From Candidatus Sulfotelmatobacter sp. (GTDB lineage: Bacteria; Acidobacteriota; Terriglobia; Terriglobales; Acidobacteriaceae), in assembly GCA_030041475.1 (NCBI GenBank), contig JASHNU010000074.1, positions 50,528 through 114,527 of the forward strand: 64,000 nucleotides of DNA, read 5' to 3'. How positions within the stretch are numbered: position 1 is the first letter of the stretch; the number at the start of each line of letters is the position of its first letter. Under the pieces are notes generated by a model, which searched no databases, was not told the DNA's origin, and saw only the letters and a program-made list of their open reading frames with translations. Made by a program: the position numbers and the translations under genes. Shown here piece by piece: positions 9,368-19,750 of the stretch.

Positions 9368-11155
9368 ATGAAGAACCGCATTTTCTTCAAACTGCTGGCT
9401 GCATTTCTGATTGTGATCGCGGCCGCCGCGGCGACTCTGGATCTGGTCGTCGGGGGTGCGTGGGAAGCCTCTCTGCGCACCGAAATCGAACGCAATCTAA
9501 CGCAAAAAACGCTGTTGTTCGCACATCGTGTCGAGAGCGACCACACCCGCTCCCTCGCTGAAATTGTTGCCCAGGAGGGCCAGGCCGCAGGGGCCCGCGC
9601 CACGGTCATTGACGCTTCTGGCAAAGTGCTGGCGGACTCGGAGTCGAATCTCTCCCCCGACGAGAATGACGCCGGACAGGCCGAGTTCGCCGCGGCACTG
9701 AAGGGCGAGACCAGTTCGAGTGAGCGCCGCAGCGAGAACGTGGGCATTCCATTTCTTTATGTGGCTGCTCCTATCACGGGAGGCGCCGTTCGGCTGGCTT
9801 ATCCTCTGTCAGACATCCAGGCCGTGCAGGCCGAGGTGCATCGCCGCATGTTCTGGGGGTTGGCTATCGCGCTGGTCATCGCACTGCTGGTAGCCGCAAC
9901 GGCTTCGGTCATAACTGCCCGCCGTCTGGAGCGCATTGTGGATGTCGCCGCCCGCATTGAGCGAGGCGATTTGCGAGCCCGCGTGGATGATCCCTCGGTC
10001 GACGAAATTGGCCGCGTGGCCGTGGCCATCGACCGCACGGCCGGCCAGGTGGAACGCAGTTTTGCCGCCGTGCGTTCCAGCCAGCGCCAGCTCGAGACTC
10101 TGCTGAACAGCATGCAGGATGCCGTCATCGCCGTCAGCGCCGATGGCCTGGTGCAGTGGGCCAATCAACCCATGGACCGCCTGGTTCCGCAGCGCACGCG
10201 GCTCAATGCGCCCATGGTCGAAACGATTCGCGATCCTGACTTTCTGGCTACAGTCAAGGCCGCTACGGCCACAAAACGAGTCTGCACAGGCCGCGCCACC
10301 TCAATCGTTCCCGGTCGCGCCTATGACGTGACCGCCGCGCCGCTGCCCGACGGCGGAGCTGTCGCTGTTCTCCGTGATCTCACCGAAACCGAGCGCGTCG
10401 AAAAGACCCGCCGGGACTTCATCGCCAATGTCTCACACGAGCTGCGCACACCGCTCACTTCGATCCAGGGGTACTCCGAAACTCTTCTCGACAGCATTCC
10501 CGAGAACTCCGGCCACAACCGCGATTTCCTGGAGATCATCCGCAAGAACGCCGCGCGCATGTCACGCTTGACCGAAGACCTGCTGACGCTGGCGCGGGTC
10601 GAATCGGGCGAAACCCGGTTTGAGCCCGAACCGGTTCCGCCCATCGAGCTTTTGAACGATGCCGAAGAGAGCTTCCGCGAGATCGCCCGCGGACAGGGCG
10701 TGGAACTGCAGATCGACGGAGTGGGCAAGAACGGTCAGAAATCTACAACCGCGTCATTGAAGGCGCCGGACTTGCCCTCGGGTGACGGCTCCGTCGAATC
10801 GCTACCACAGGTCCTGGCCGATCGCGAGGCCATCCACCAGGTTTTTTCCAACCTGATCGACAACGCCATGAAATACGGCCGTTCCGGAGGCTGCATCGTG
10901 CTCGGCGCGCGCCATGCCCCGCGCGGCATCGAGTTCTATGTGCAGGATTTTGGAGCCGGTATCTCATCCGAGCACCTGCCGCGCCTTTTCGAACGCTTCT
11001 ATCGCGTCGACAAAGCCCGCTCCCGCGAATCGGGCGGCACGGGCCTGGGACTCGCCATTGCCAAGCACATCATGCTGGCCCACCGCGGTTCTATCCGCGC
11101 CGAAAGCGAACTCAACCACGGCAGCACGTTTCTGTTTACCCTCCCTTTTGCCTGA
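9368..11155 (+). CDS. PhoR-like sensor histidine kinase (TM-sensor-HAMP-PAS-HisKA-HATPase)
   Basis: 595 aa with two TM segments. H-box is DFIANVSHELRTPLTSIQGYSETL, N-box is NLIDNAMKY, and G-boxes are DFGAGI and GGTGLGLAI. It sits immediately after the regulator gene. Confidence 0.9.
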   Translation: MKNRIFFKLLAAFLIVIAAAAATLDLVVGGAWEASLRTEIERNLTQKTLLFAHRVESDHTRSLAEIVAQEGQAAGARATVIDASGKVLADSESNLSPDENDAGQAEFAAALKGETSSSERRSENVGIPFLYVAAPITGGAVRLAYPLSDIQAVQAEVHRRMFWGLAIALVIALLVAATASVITARRLERIVDVAARIERGDLRARVDDPSVDEIGRVAVAIDRTAGQVERSFAAVRSSQRQLETLLNSMQDAVIAVSADGLVQWANQPMDRLVPQRTRLNAPMVETIRDPDFLATVKAATATKRVCTGRATSIVPGRAYDVTAAPLPDGGAVAVLRDLTETERVEKTRRDFIANVSHELRTPLTSIQGYSETLLDSIPENSGHNRDFLEIIRKNAARMSRLTEDLLTLARVESGETRFEPEPVPPIELLNDAEESFREIARGQGVELQIDGVGKNGQKSTTASLKAPDLPSGDGSVESLPQVLADREAIHQVFSNLIDNAMKYGRSGGCIVLGARHAPRGIEFYVQDFGAGISSEHLPRLFERFYRVDKARSRESGGTGLGLAIAKHIMLAHRGSIRAESELNHGSTFLFTLPFA

Positions 11156-11320
11156 ATTTTGGCTGCTTTGTATCCAATAAATTTGGGTTGACAGTGGCCA
11201 CGACGGAATCGCAAACTTCCCCAATCCCGCCGGTGGCCCTGTATCCGGCCTTTTTCACCGCCGGCGAGCTGTAGTCTGCACACGCAGCTCGCTCCAAGAG
11301 CTGCGGTCGAGGAAAACACC

Positions 11321-14300
11321 ATGTCGCCGAATCGTCTGCTCGCAGTTCTTGCTTTTTCATTGATCATGGCAGCCAGCGCCTGGGCGCAGGGCGGAGCTAC
11401 CGGAGCCATCAGCGGTACTGTGCAGGATCCCTCGGGGGCCGCGGTTTCGGGCGCGAAAATAGACATCATCAGCGAAGCGACGGGCCAGTCTATCCGCCAG
11501 GTGACGGCAGACTCTGCCGGCCTGTTTACCGCGCCGCTGTTGCCGGTGGGCAGCTACACCGTAGAAGTCATGGCAGCGGGATTCGCTACCACCAAGTTTC
11601 CGGGCGTGATCGTGCGCATCACCGAAACCACGCGCATGACTGCTAGCGTAAAACCGGCGACGATCAAAGAAGTGGTCGAAGTGCAGTATGAAGTTCCTCC
11701 GGTGGAGACGACGGCGGCGACGACAGGAGAGTCCCTCGGCAACACGACCATCACAGAGCTTCCGCTCGCCACGCGAAACTTTCAGCAACTGCTGACCCTC
11801 TCGGCGGGCGCTTCGTCCGATCTCAACGGCGCGTCACAGCTTGGCCGGGGTGCCGTCTATATGCACGTCAATGGCGGACGGGAAGACAACAACAACTATC
11901 TGATCGAAGGCATCTCCGCCTCCGACTATGCATTCGGGGAACTTACCTACACTCCTCTGCCGAATCCCGACTCCATTCAGGAGTTTAAGGTTTCCACCAG
12001 CCTTTATGACGCCAGCCAGGGACGCAACGGCGGCGGCAACATCAACGCCACGCTGAAAACCGGCACCTCCGGCTTCCATGGCGATCTTTGGGAGTATTTC
12101 CGCAACACATCGCTCGACGCACACGACTATTTTCTGGGCAAATTCGATCTGAAGCAGAATATCTTTGGCGGCGATCTTGGCGGCCCGGTCGGCAACAAAG
12201 CCAAGCTAGGATTCTTCTACGTGAACTACCAAGGTACGCGCCAGCGTAGCGGCGATTCCCCCGGCACCTACATCAACACCAGCATTCCCGTGCTTCCTGC
12301 CGACCGCAGCCAAGCGAACCTCATCACTTACTTCTTCTGCGGCGCCAACTGCGGGGGCGCCACTCCTCCAATCTGCACGGGCCTTCCCGGAAGCCCGCCT
12401 TGCCTTGACTCAGTCGCCCTCGCCTTGTTGGAAATCCCCGGCACTCAGTTCGGCAATTCCGGCACCGGTTGCGGATCCTCCGGTGACCAGCCCTGCCTTA
12501 TCCCAACCGTTCCCGGCACACCCGGCTTCACGAATGGCCAGCTCAATTACGGGCCTCTCGTACTCACCAATCCCGGAAAGTTCCGAGACGACCAATTCAC
12601 CGCCAACTGGGACCGCGACTTCCGCGGGGGGAGAGACCATCTCGCGGAGCGCTTCTTCTGGTCCGATTCTGATACGTTCGAGCCTTTCGGCGCCGATTCT
12701 TTCGGCATCCAGACCGGCGGCCAGCCGGGCACGAACAATCTCGATTTCCCGCTCGATATCCCCCTGCACAGCCGCTTTGGCAGCATTACCGAAACTCACA
12801 CGTTCAGCAATGCGCTAATCAACGAATTCCGCTTCGGCATCAACATCATCAGCGATCGGCTGAGCAACGAAGCGCCCATCACCAATACGCAGGTCGGCAT
12901 TAATCTTCCCACGGCAGTCGGCGTGAATGGCTTCGCCGGTGATCCCAACATCTACCACCTGCAATTCGGAACCTGGAGCTTCGGAGCTTATCCCACACAA
13001 CTACAATCGGCTCTTTCCGACAACTTGACCTGGATTGACACGTTGAGCTGGACCCGCGGGCCGCACCAGTTCCGTTTCGGTGGAGAGCTGGATCACATCG
13101 CCATGCGCCGCAGCCTGCCGATCGCGGACAATGGTTTGGTGTATTTCACCCCTCCACCGTCGAACACGGACTTCCAAAGTTTCCTGGCGGGTTCTCCATT
13201 CTTCGGCGAAGGTGGAGGCGGCCTGGGCGATCACGACTATCGCATCCCCAGTTATTCCTGGTTCGTTCAGGACGACTATCGCGTCCGCAGGGACTTGACC
13301 CTGAATCTCGGCCTGCGGAATGAATTTGACGGCGCCCCGTACGATTTGCTGTGCCACACTGGCAACACCAACCCTGAGGAAGCCAATGTTACCGGCCAGC
13401 CGTATGTATGGCCGAAGTGCGTCGACAAGTTTGGCTTGACTGGCGTGACAGGAACACTGAATGCCGCCGGACTCAACAACGAATATGCCACAGTATTTGA
13501 GCCCCGCATCGGCTTCGCCTACGATGTCGGCGGACATCACACGACCTCAATTCGCGGCGGCTATGGCATTTACTCGGTGCGCGAAGATTTGGGAGCGGCT
13601 GATAATCTGGCTATCACCCCGCCGGCCTATCCATTTGGCGTAAACTTTGAGCCGGCGGTGATTGGCACCTGCTCCGCTACTGCAAGCTGCCTGGCGGATT
13701 TGTTTGCCGCCAACAATGGCAACCCCATCTTTCCCCTTCCGGGCATTCCCGCGCTGGGTGCAAACCCTGCGCAGGCTTACGCTCCGGTCGCCTCGCAGTT
13801 CGCGGGCTTTCCAACTGGAGCGTGCACGCTCGCAAACGGAGTTGTGGCCAGCAATAACGATATGTGTGGCCCGGCATATACCGGCACCGTCAACAGCCTG
13901 ATCGAGCTGGCAGTTCCTCTGCACTGGGTGGTAGGAACCACGCAGCAGTGGAACATCACTATCCAGCGCGCGCTGGGGCATGAGTGGTTTGCGGAAGTCG
14001 GCTATGTGGGCACAAAAGGCTCACGACTGCGTTCCACCTATGATCCCGATCAAGCAACTTTGGCAACCACTGCGAACCCAGTCATCATTCCCATCACCGC
14101 CCCCGGAGCTATTCCCGGCTACGTATGTCCTCCGGCCGACACCGTCGGCAACACCTGCAAGATCGTCGATTCCACCAGCGACAACGTTAGCGCCCGCGCA
14201 CCGTACCAGGGCATCGCGCCCGGGGATTTCGAAGACTTCGCTCCCAACTCCGATTCCCATTACAGCGCGTTGCAAACCACCCTCGCTCACCACTTTTCCA

Positions 14301-15043
14301 AGGGTCTTTATTTCCAAAGCGCCTACACCTATGCGAAATCGATTGACGACGTTTCGACCGCGTCCGTCGCTTTCGTCACCCGCGTGAACGACCAGAACAA
14401 CCCGCGTGCCTCTCGCGGACTTTCCGATTTCGATCGCCGCCAGCGCTTCGTCGCCAGCGCCGTCTACCAGTTGCCATTTTTCTCCGGTGCCCACGGCCTA
14501 GAACACGCTGCCCTCGGCGGATGGGAAGCCAGTGGCGTGGTCATCCTGCAATCGGGTACGCCTTTCTCGGTCTACGATCCCGCCGGCGGAGGTGCCTACG
14601 CTCTTGCCAGTCCGTCAGCAACCGCGACATTTGTCCCTGGCTACAGTTGTGCCAACGCTGCCAGCTCGGGCAGCACCACATCCCGGCTCAGCAACTGGGT
14701 TAACGCCGCCGCTTTTCAGCCCGACCCGGCCGCTACTCTGTCCGACGGCACTATGAGCGATGGGACTCTCTACGGCAACACGCCCCGCAACTGCATCATT
14801 GGACCGCCGCAGAAGAACCTCGATCTCACCGTTGGCAAAGTATTCAAAATCACCGAGAGACAGAATCTTCGCTTCCGCGCTGACTTCTTCAATCTGTTCA
14901 ACCATCCGTCGTTCAACAATCCCCAACTAGTGAACAACGACGGCGCGGCCGTGGGCTCAGCGCCCGGGACTGGTGCGGCGCCAATTACTACTGTCGTCGG
15001 TACGCCCCGCCTGATTCAGCTCTCTTTGAAGTACGCCTTCTGA
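11321..15043 (+). CDS. TonB-dependent outer-membrane receptor with N-terminal carboxypeptidase-regulatory-like domain
   Basis: 1240 aa with a signal peptide (AASAWAQ) and GAISGTVQDPSGAAVSGAKIDIISEATG...GSYTVEV (CarboxypepD_reg). A plug region follows, then a long beta-barrel ending in the aromatic terminal residue (...LSLKYAF). Confidence 0.9.
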   Translation: MSPNRLLAVLAFSLIMAASAWAQGGATGAISGTVQDPSGAAVSGAKIDIISEATGQSIRQVTADSAGLFTAPLLPVGSYTVEVMAAGFATTKFPGVIVRITETTRMTASVKPATIKEVVEVQYEVPPVETTAATTGESLGNTTITELPLATRNFQQLLTLSAGASSDLNGASQLGRGAVYMHVNGGREDNNNYLIEGISASDYAFGELTYTPLPNPDSIQEFKVSTSLYDASQGRNGGGNINATLKTGTSGFHGDLWEYFRNTSLDAHDYFLGKFDLKQNIFGGDLGGPVGNKAKLGFFYVNYQGTRQRSGDSPGTYINTSIPVLPADRSQANLITYFFCGANCGGATPPICTGLPGSPPCLDSVALALLEIPGTQFGNSGTGCGSSGDQPCLIPTVPGTPGFTNGQLNYGPLVLTNPGKFRDDQFTANWDRDFRGGRDHLAERFFWSDSDTFEPFGADSFGIQTGGQPGTNNLDFPLDIPLHSRFGSITETHTFSNALINEFRFGINIISDRLSNEAPITNTQVGINLPTAVGVNGFAGDPNIYHLQFGTWSFGAYPTQLQSALSDNLTWIDTLSWTRGPHQFRFGGELDHIAMRRSLPIADNGLVYFTPPPSNTDFQSFLAGSPFFGEGGGGLGDHDYRIPSYSWFVQDDYRVRRDLTLNLGLRNEFDGAPYDLLCHTGNTNPEEANVTGQPYVWPKCVDKFGLTGVTGTLNAAGLNNEYATVFEPRIGFAYDVGGHHTTSIRGGYGIYSVREDLGAADNLAITPPAYPFGVNFEPAVIGTCSATASCLADLFAANNGNPIFPLPGIPALGANPAQAYAPVASQFAGFPTGACTLANGVVASNNDMCGPAYTGTVNSLIELAVPLHWVVGTTQQWNITIQRALGHEWFAEVGYVGTKGSRLRSTYDPDQATLATTANPVIIPITAPGAIPGYVCPPADTVGNTCKIVDSTSDNVSARAPYQGIAPGDFEDFAPNSDSHYSALQTTLAHHFSKGLYFQSAYTYAKSIDDVSTASVAFVTRVNDQNNPRASRGLSDFDRRQRFVASAVYQLPFFSGAHGLEHAALGGWEASGVVILQSGTPFSVYDPAGGGAYALASPSATATFVPGYSCANAASSGSTTSRLSNWVNAAAFQPDPAATLSDGTMSDGTLYGNTPRNCIIGPPQKNLDLTVGKVFKITERQNLRFRADFFNLFNHPSFNNPQLVNNDGAAVGSAPGTGAAPITTVVGTPRLIQLSLKYAF

Positions 15044-15073
15044 CGCTTGGGTTTAGCAAGACAAGCGCAACAA

Positions 15074-15115
15074 GCTGGACGTGCCCTGGAAAAGGGCCGT
15101 CCAGCATCCTTTTAT
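15074..15115 (+). terminator. Strong intrinsic terminator after the TonB-dependent receptor gene
   Basis: gctggacg-t-gccct ggaaa agggc-cgtccagc forms a 13-bp stem with one bulge. It is followed by atccttttat and begins 31 nt after the stop codon. Confidence 0.7.
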
Positions 15116-15304
15116 CTCCGCGGCACACACTGCACAACAAGCCGGCATCGAAAAATCACCGAAAATTCACAGCTTTTTAATCACTTTGGACATCAAAAAA
15201 TGTATGGTGAGTTGTTGGCGATCCCATCCCATGAGCGGCCGAACCGCGGCGACGGGCCCTCTCGATCTCCGCGTCGACAGCGTTCTCGTCCGCCGGATAA
15301 GTCG

Positions 15305-16027
15305 ATGAGTAGCGCGATCAAAAGCCCCCACCCAGAACCCGCCCATCACTACATCGTGCGCCGCACCATCGAGGCCTGTCGCGTGGCCAAGGAAGCTGCA
15401 GGCGCCGCTGCCGAAGGGATCGCCACCGGTTCCAGCGCTCTGCTCAATTCACTCCGCCAACGCGAGCGCGAGCTCGATACCCTTGACATGGAAATTGACG
15501 GTGGCGTGACCACCGCGATCACCGAAGTCGGTCCCGCCGAGGCCCGCGAACTGCTGGCTTGCATGAAGTTCATGATCGGGCTGGAGCGCATCGGCGATCT
15601 GCTGCTCAGCTTCGGTACCAGTGCGCAGGCGGCCGGCGGCCGCATCGATTCCGAGGACACGCGCGACCTGACGCAGATGGCTACGATCCTCGAAAAGATG
15701 CTGACTGATTGCGGCGAAGCCTTTTCCACCCGAGAGATCGCCAAGGCGATCGATGTGCTTCGGGCCGATGCCGAGATGGATCGCCTGCGCAATCTCATTT
15801 TCCTGCGCCACATCGAAAATCCCGAAAACGTCGCTCGTCAGGCCAGCCTGCAAGTCATTTTCATGACGCAATCTCTCGAACGTGCGGGCGACCATGCCAA
15901 GAATCTGGCGGAAGAAGTGTGTCACTTCGTCAGCGGACACACCGTCCGCCACGTTCTGATGGCTTACGATAAGCCGGTCGAACAAATGTTCATCGACTAC
16001 CTGCGCCGCCGCGACCAGCACCGCTAG
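15305..16027 (+). CDS. PhoU-family phosphate signalling/regulatory protein
   Basis: Track ORF 15047..16027. I place the start at the ATG at 15305 (MSSAIKSPHP...), downstream of the terminator. There are two PhoU repeats with signature E/D motifs (LERIGDLLLSF and LERAGDHAKNLAEEV). Confidence 0.8.
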   Translation: MSSAIKSPHPEPAHHYIVRRTIEACRVAKEAAGAAAEGIATGSSALLNSLRQRERELDTLDMEIDGGVTTAITEVGPAEARELLACMKFMIGLERIGDLLLSFGTSAQAAGGRIDSEDTRDLTQMATILEKMLTDCGEAFSTREIAKAIDVLRADAEMDRLRNLIFLRHIENPENVARQASLQVIFMTQSLERAGDHAKNLAEEVCHFVSGHTVRHVLMAYDKPVEQMFIDYLRRRDQHR

Positions 16028-16107
16028 CTCCACCAAGGTTTTGATAACGACATTCCGGATCACGACGCGGGCTCGTATGATAAATACAGCTGTTCCGAGA
16101 CAACCGC

Positions 16108-16836
16108 TTGTCTGACTTCGTCAATTGCTACGAAAGCGCTACCCGCGCCGAAGCGTACTCGAAGCTGGAGTTCGCCAACACCTACCATCTCGCATTCCGC
16201 GACTTGCCGGAGATTTTTCGCGCCCACGTCAAAGGAACTGCGGCTCTTGATTTCGGTTGTGGCACCGGCCGTTCCACCAGATTCCTAGTCAGCCTTGGTT
16301 TTGCGGTTGTGGGAGTGGACATTTCACAAGACATGGTGGGCAAGGCGCGCCAAATCGACCCTAAGGGCGATTACCGGCTGATTCCGGGCGACGACATGAG
16401 CGCCCTGCAGCGTGAAGGCTTTTCTCTCATCCTGTCGGCCTTCACCTTCGACAACATTCCTGGCATGGAAACGAAGCTCCGCTTGTTTGGCGGCCTATGC
16501 GAGCTGCTAAAGAAGGATGGAATCCTGGTGAACATCGTTTCTACGCCTGAGATTTACTTGAACGAATGGGCTTCGTTCACCACCAGAGATTTCCCGGAAA
16601 ACCGCAATGCCGGCCCGGGAGACGAAGTGAGAATCATCACCACGGATTTCGAGGATCGCTCGCCTGCCGTCGACATTCTTTGGCCCCACGAGTCGTACCT
16701 CGAGGTTTATCGCCGGGCAAGTCTGGAAATGGTGGAAGTGCGCAGGCCGTTAGCCAAAGGTGACGAGCCTTACCGCTGGATCAGCGAAACGCGCATAGCG
16801 CCGTGGGCCATCTACGTGCTGCGTCGGTCGAGCTAA
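16108..16836 (+). CDS. Class I SAM-dependent methyltransferase
   Basis: 242 aa with SAM-binding motif I (ALDFGCGTGRST) and post-I VGVDISQDM. TTG start as listed in the track. Confidence 0.8.
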   Translation: MSDFVNCYESATRAEAYSKLEFANTYHLAFRDLPEIFRAHVKGTAALDFGCGTGRSTRFLVSLGFAVVGVDISQDMVGKARQIDPKGDYRLIPGDDMSALQREGFSLILSAFTFDNIPGMETKLRLFGGLCELLKKDGILVNIVSTPEIYLNEWASFTTRDFPENRNAGPGDEVRIITTDFEDRSPAVDILWPHESYLEVYRRASLEMVEVRRPLAKGDEPYRWISETRIAPWAIYVLRRSS

Positions 16837-16870
16837 CAGAGGCGGCAACCTTGATCGCTAAGGTGTGAAC

Positions 16871-18397
16871 TCAGCCGAACCTCTGGTGATCCTTCCAGAA
16901 CTCCGGCCAGGGCTGCTTCGGTCCGCGACAAACGAAAATGTCGGGATGATCCCTGCTCTCTTCATTCTCCAGGCCGTAGGGATTCCCGTTGTGTCCCGCC
17001 ACCCGGCATCCAGTAAATGCCTCGTCCAGTTGGTCACGCGACCACCCCACCACAATCAGCGTCGAGGGCGGCGTTGTGGGATATCCGCGCAGCCATCCCG
17101 AGTTTGTCAGTTGAATTGGTGGCGGCAGGTGGTAGGCCGGCCCTAGAATCTCGATTGCCCCGCCCTCACCATAGTTTCCCACCAGGACGCCAAAATTCGC
17201 CCGCTGTTCTGCCGGTAGCGCATCCCGCACGCCCGTGACGGCCTTGACCAGATCGTCCCAGCCGATCTCTTCGCGGAGATCGCCGTTATGCTTGAGCGCG
17301 AAATCTCTGAGCGGTCCGCTGGAAGCAAAAGGAACGATAATCGCCGCGAAGAACAACCCACATGCTGCGAGCGCGGTGAAAAAGATACCCTCGACTGCCC
17401 ACCGCCATCCCCACGCCAGCGATTTAACCCAGTCTTCTGCCGCCGCTGAGCCCCTTGCCAACAGCATGGGATAAGCCGCAGCCAGATAATAAAATCTTCC
17501 CTTTGACACTACGAACAGCACAAACGGAATCACGTACATCCAAGCCAGCATCCGGTATCGGCTGTCGCGGAAGAAACAAATCAGCCCCACGATCCACAGT
17601 GGCGCAGAAACATAGTTCGTGCAGATGCGAAACTGCAGGCGAAAAAATCCGTCGGCGCGCCCTTCGCCGACGTCGCGCACGTGAATGTGGTGCAGGAAGT
17701 GGTACGAGATGAAATCGTGCTGCACCTGCCACAACATGTTGGGCAGGCAAATCACCAAAGCAAGCCCAATTCCGCTCCAAAACCAGGGACTCGTCAGGAA
17801 TCGCCGTGCTCGTGTGAGCACCAGCCCGCCGACAATTCCGGCCATATAGAAAGCCATCGTGTACTTGGTCAGCACTCCCACGCCCATGGTCGCGCCGATC
17901 GCGAGCCACCATCGCGGATTGTCTGACTTAAGCATTCGGACGATGAAATACGCAATCAGCACCCACCACAAATAATCGAATGACGAATACTGAAATTCAG
18001 TTCCCTCAAACAACGAGAGCGGTGAAAGTGCGATCGCAAGCGCGGCGGTTGCCTGCGCCAACCGTCCGCCGCCCAACTCTCTTGCCATCAGGCCAGTCAC
18101 CACAATGACCGCCGCCTGCGCGATCACCGAAGCCAGGCGCAGTCCGATCAGCCAGTGGCCAAAGATGGCCAGACTGATTCGTTCTACAAATGGCGTGAAC
18201 GGCGGGTAGGCCACAAATCCCCAATCCATGTGCAGAGCATCCGTCAGCGTCTGCAGCTCATCGCGGTGCAAGCCATACCGCCCGTTGGTCAGAACATGCA
18301 CCAGTGTTACCCCGCCCGCTATAGCGAACACCACCATGGTGTCGCTGCGTCTGCTTGTTGGGAGGATTACGCGCTCCGATGCTGATTGTTGATCCAT
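16871..18397 (-). CDS. Glycosyltransferase family 39 (ArnT/PMT-like) integral membrane protein
   Basis: 508 aa with about 10 or more TM helices. The N-terminal loop has a DE motif (HRDELQTLTDA) typical of GT-C enzymes, followed by a C-terminal soluble domain. Confidence 0.75.
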   Translation of the reverse strand: MDQQSASERVILPTSRRSDTMVVFAIAGGVTLVHVLTNGRYGLHRDELQTLTDALHMDWGFVAYPPFTPFVERISLAIFGHWLIGLRLASVIAQAAVIVVTGLMARELGGGRLAQATAALAIALSPLSLFEGTEFQYSSFDYLWWVLIAYFIVRMLKSDNPRWWLAIGATMGVGVLTKYTMAFYMAGIVGGLVLTRARRFLTSPWFWSGIGLALVICLPNMLWQVQHDFISYHFLHHIHVRDVGEGRADGFFRLQFRICTNYVSAPLWIVGLICFFRDSRYRMLAWMYVIPFVLFVVSKGRFYYLAAAYPMLLARGSAAAEDWVKSLAWGWRWAVEGIFFTALAACGLFFAAIIVPFASSGPLRDFALKHNGDLREEIGWDDLVKAVTGVRDALPAEQRANFGVLVGNYGEGGAIEILGPAYHLPPPIQLTNSGWLRGYPTTPPSTLIVVGWSRDQLDEAFTGCRVAGHNGNPYGLENEESRDHPDIFVCRGPKQPWPEFWKDHQRFG

Positions 18398-18601
18398 GCA
18401 GTTTTTCCCTTGGCAGTGTTACGCGCAGGCCGGCGGGTAAGTTCCGTCTTCGGCGAGCCATGGTATCCCATTCGTGTTAGAACGAGCTAACCGATAAGCG
18501 AAGCTTCCCGATTGTGATGCGTCTGTACATGTGCCGCCATTGTTTTACGCATTCCGTTTAGAATCTCGGTCAGCCCATCACACAGATTAGGGAGGCCCTC
18601 C

Positions 18602-19645
18602 GTGATTCTTCGTTCACGTTCGATTCCTCGTGCATTTGTTTTTCTGCTGCTGGCCAGCGCAGGTCTGGCGCAGACTCCGGCGCAACCAAACACGATTCAA
18701 CCAAACATCGTTCACTACACCACCACGACGGCCAACGTGAAGTATCTGTTTGCCACGGCGGAGCCGGTGGCGCGGCTCAAGTCGGGGGATATTCTCGACA
18801 CCAACACGCTCGACTGCTTCGGCAACGGCATCAAGAAGCCCGGCGATACCCTGAGCATGGCCACGGGAGACAACCCGCTGGCGGGGCCGTTTTACGTGGA
18901 GGGCGCTGAACCCGGCGACACGCTCGCCGTGAAGATTCTCGACCTCCAGGTGGATGGAGATCAGGGCGTGGGCGCCTTCGCGCCCGGATTTGGCGCCATC
19001 AATGAAACCAGCTACACGCCCATGCTGCATGCGCCGCTGCCGGAGCGAATCTGGTTTTATCCCATCGATCACGCCGGCAACACCGCGACATTCAAGGCGA
19101 TCGACTCCGACTTCAAGGTGAAAATTCCCGTGCATCCCTTCTTCGGATGCATTGGCGTCGCACCGGCGGACGGCGAGGCGCGAAGCTCCATCGTGCCGGC
19201 CGAGTTTGGTGGGAACATGGATTCTCCGGAAGCGAGCGTCGGCAACACGGTTTATTTTCCGGTAAATGTGAAGGGAGGGCTGTTGTATATCGGCGATGGC
19301 CACGCGGCCATGGGCGACGGCGAGGTGGCGGGCACCGCAATCGAAGTGCCGCTGAAGGCGCGACTGCAGCTCAGTGTAATCAAAGGGCGCACCATCGCGT
19401 GGCCGCAATTTGAAAACGACGATGCGATCATGACGGTGGGAGCCTATCGCCCGCTGGACGATTGTGTGCGTATTGCCTTCACCGAACTGGTGAAGTGGAT
19501 CCACAAGGACTACGGCTTGTCGGAGTTGGATGCGTACGAGCTGCTCTCGAAGGTGGCGAGAATTCACCTGAACGAAATGGTGGATCCGAATTACGTGGTC
19601 GTCGCGTCGATTGAGAAGAAATATTTGCCGAAGAAGAAACCGTAG
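18602..19645 (+). CDS. Acetamidase/formamidase-family amidohydrolase with signal peptide
   Basis: 347 aa. N-terminal signal is FVFLLLASAGLAQTPAQ. Family-typical blocks are GPFYVEGAEPGDTL, GGNMD, LYIGDGHAAMGDGEV. The antisense ORF 18614..19744 is rejected. Confidence 0.8.
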   Translation: MILRSRSIPRAFVFLLLASAGLAQTPAQPNTIQPNIVHYTTTTANVKYLFATAEPVARLKSGDILDTNTLDCFGNGIKKPGDTLSMATGDNPLAGPFYVEGAEPGDTLAVKILDLQVDGDQGVGAFAPGFGAINETSYTPMLHAPLPERIWFYPIDHAGNTATFKAIDSDFKVKIPVHPFFGCIGVAPADGEARSSIVPAEFGGNMDSPEASVGNTVYFPVNVKGGLLYIGDGHAAMGDGEVAGTAIEVPLKARLQLSVIKGRTIAWPQFENDDAIMTVGAYRPLDDCVRIAFTELVKWIHKDYGLSELDAYELLSKVARIHLNEMVDPNYVVVASIEKKYLPKKKP

Positions 19646-19750
19646 GGATTTCGAGAGAGAGAGCGGTTTGGAATTGCAAGAATCCTTGCGAAAGAGTTCA
19701 TAACGCCAGCTCCCAAACCTCGGCGCGGAAGCTTCCACTCTCACTTCAGG

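Noticed and set aside
18614-19744. Long antisense or overlapping ORFs. This one, plus 20171..21301, 28285..29472, 31095..32162, 46425..47534, 52119..53159, 8597..9343, 25936..26718 and 63003..63776.
   Set aside because: Each lies opposite a gene with clear family motifs. Each translates to Arg/Gly/His-rich low-information sequence. This is the expected stop-codon paucity of a genome with about 60% GC.
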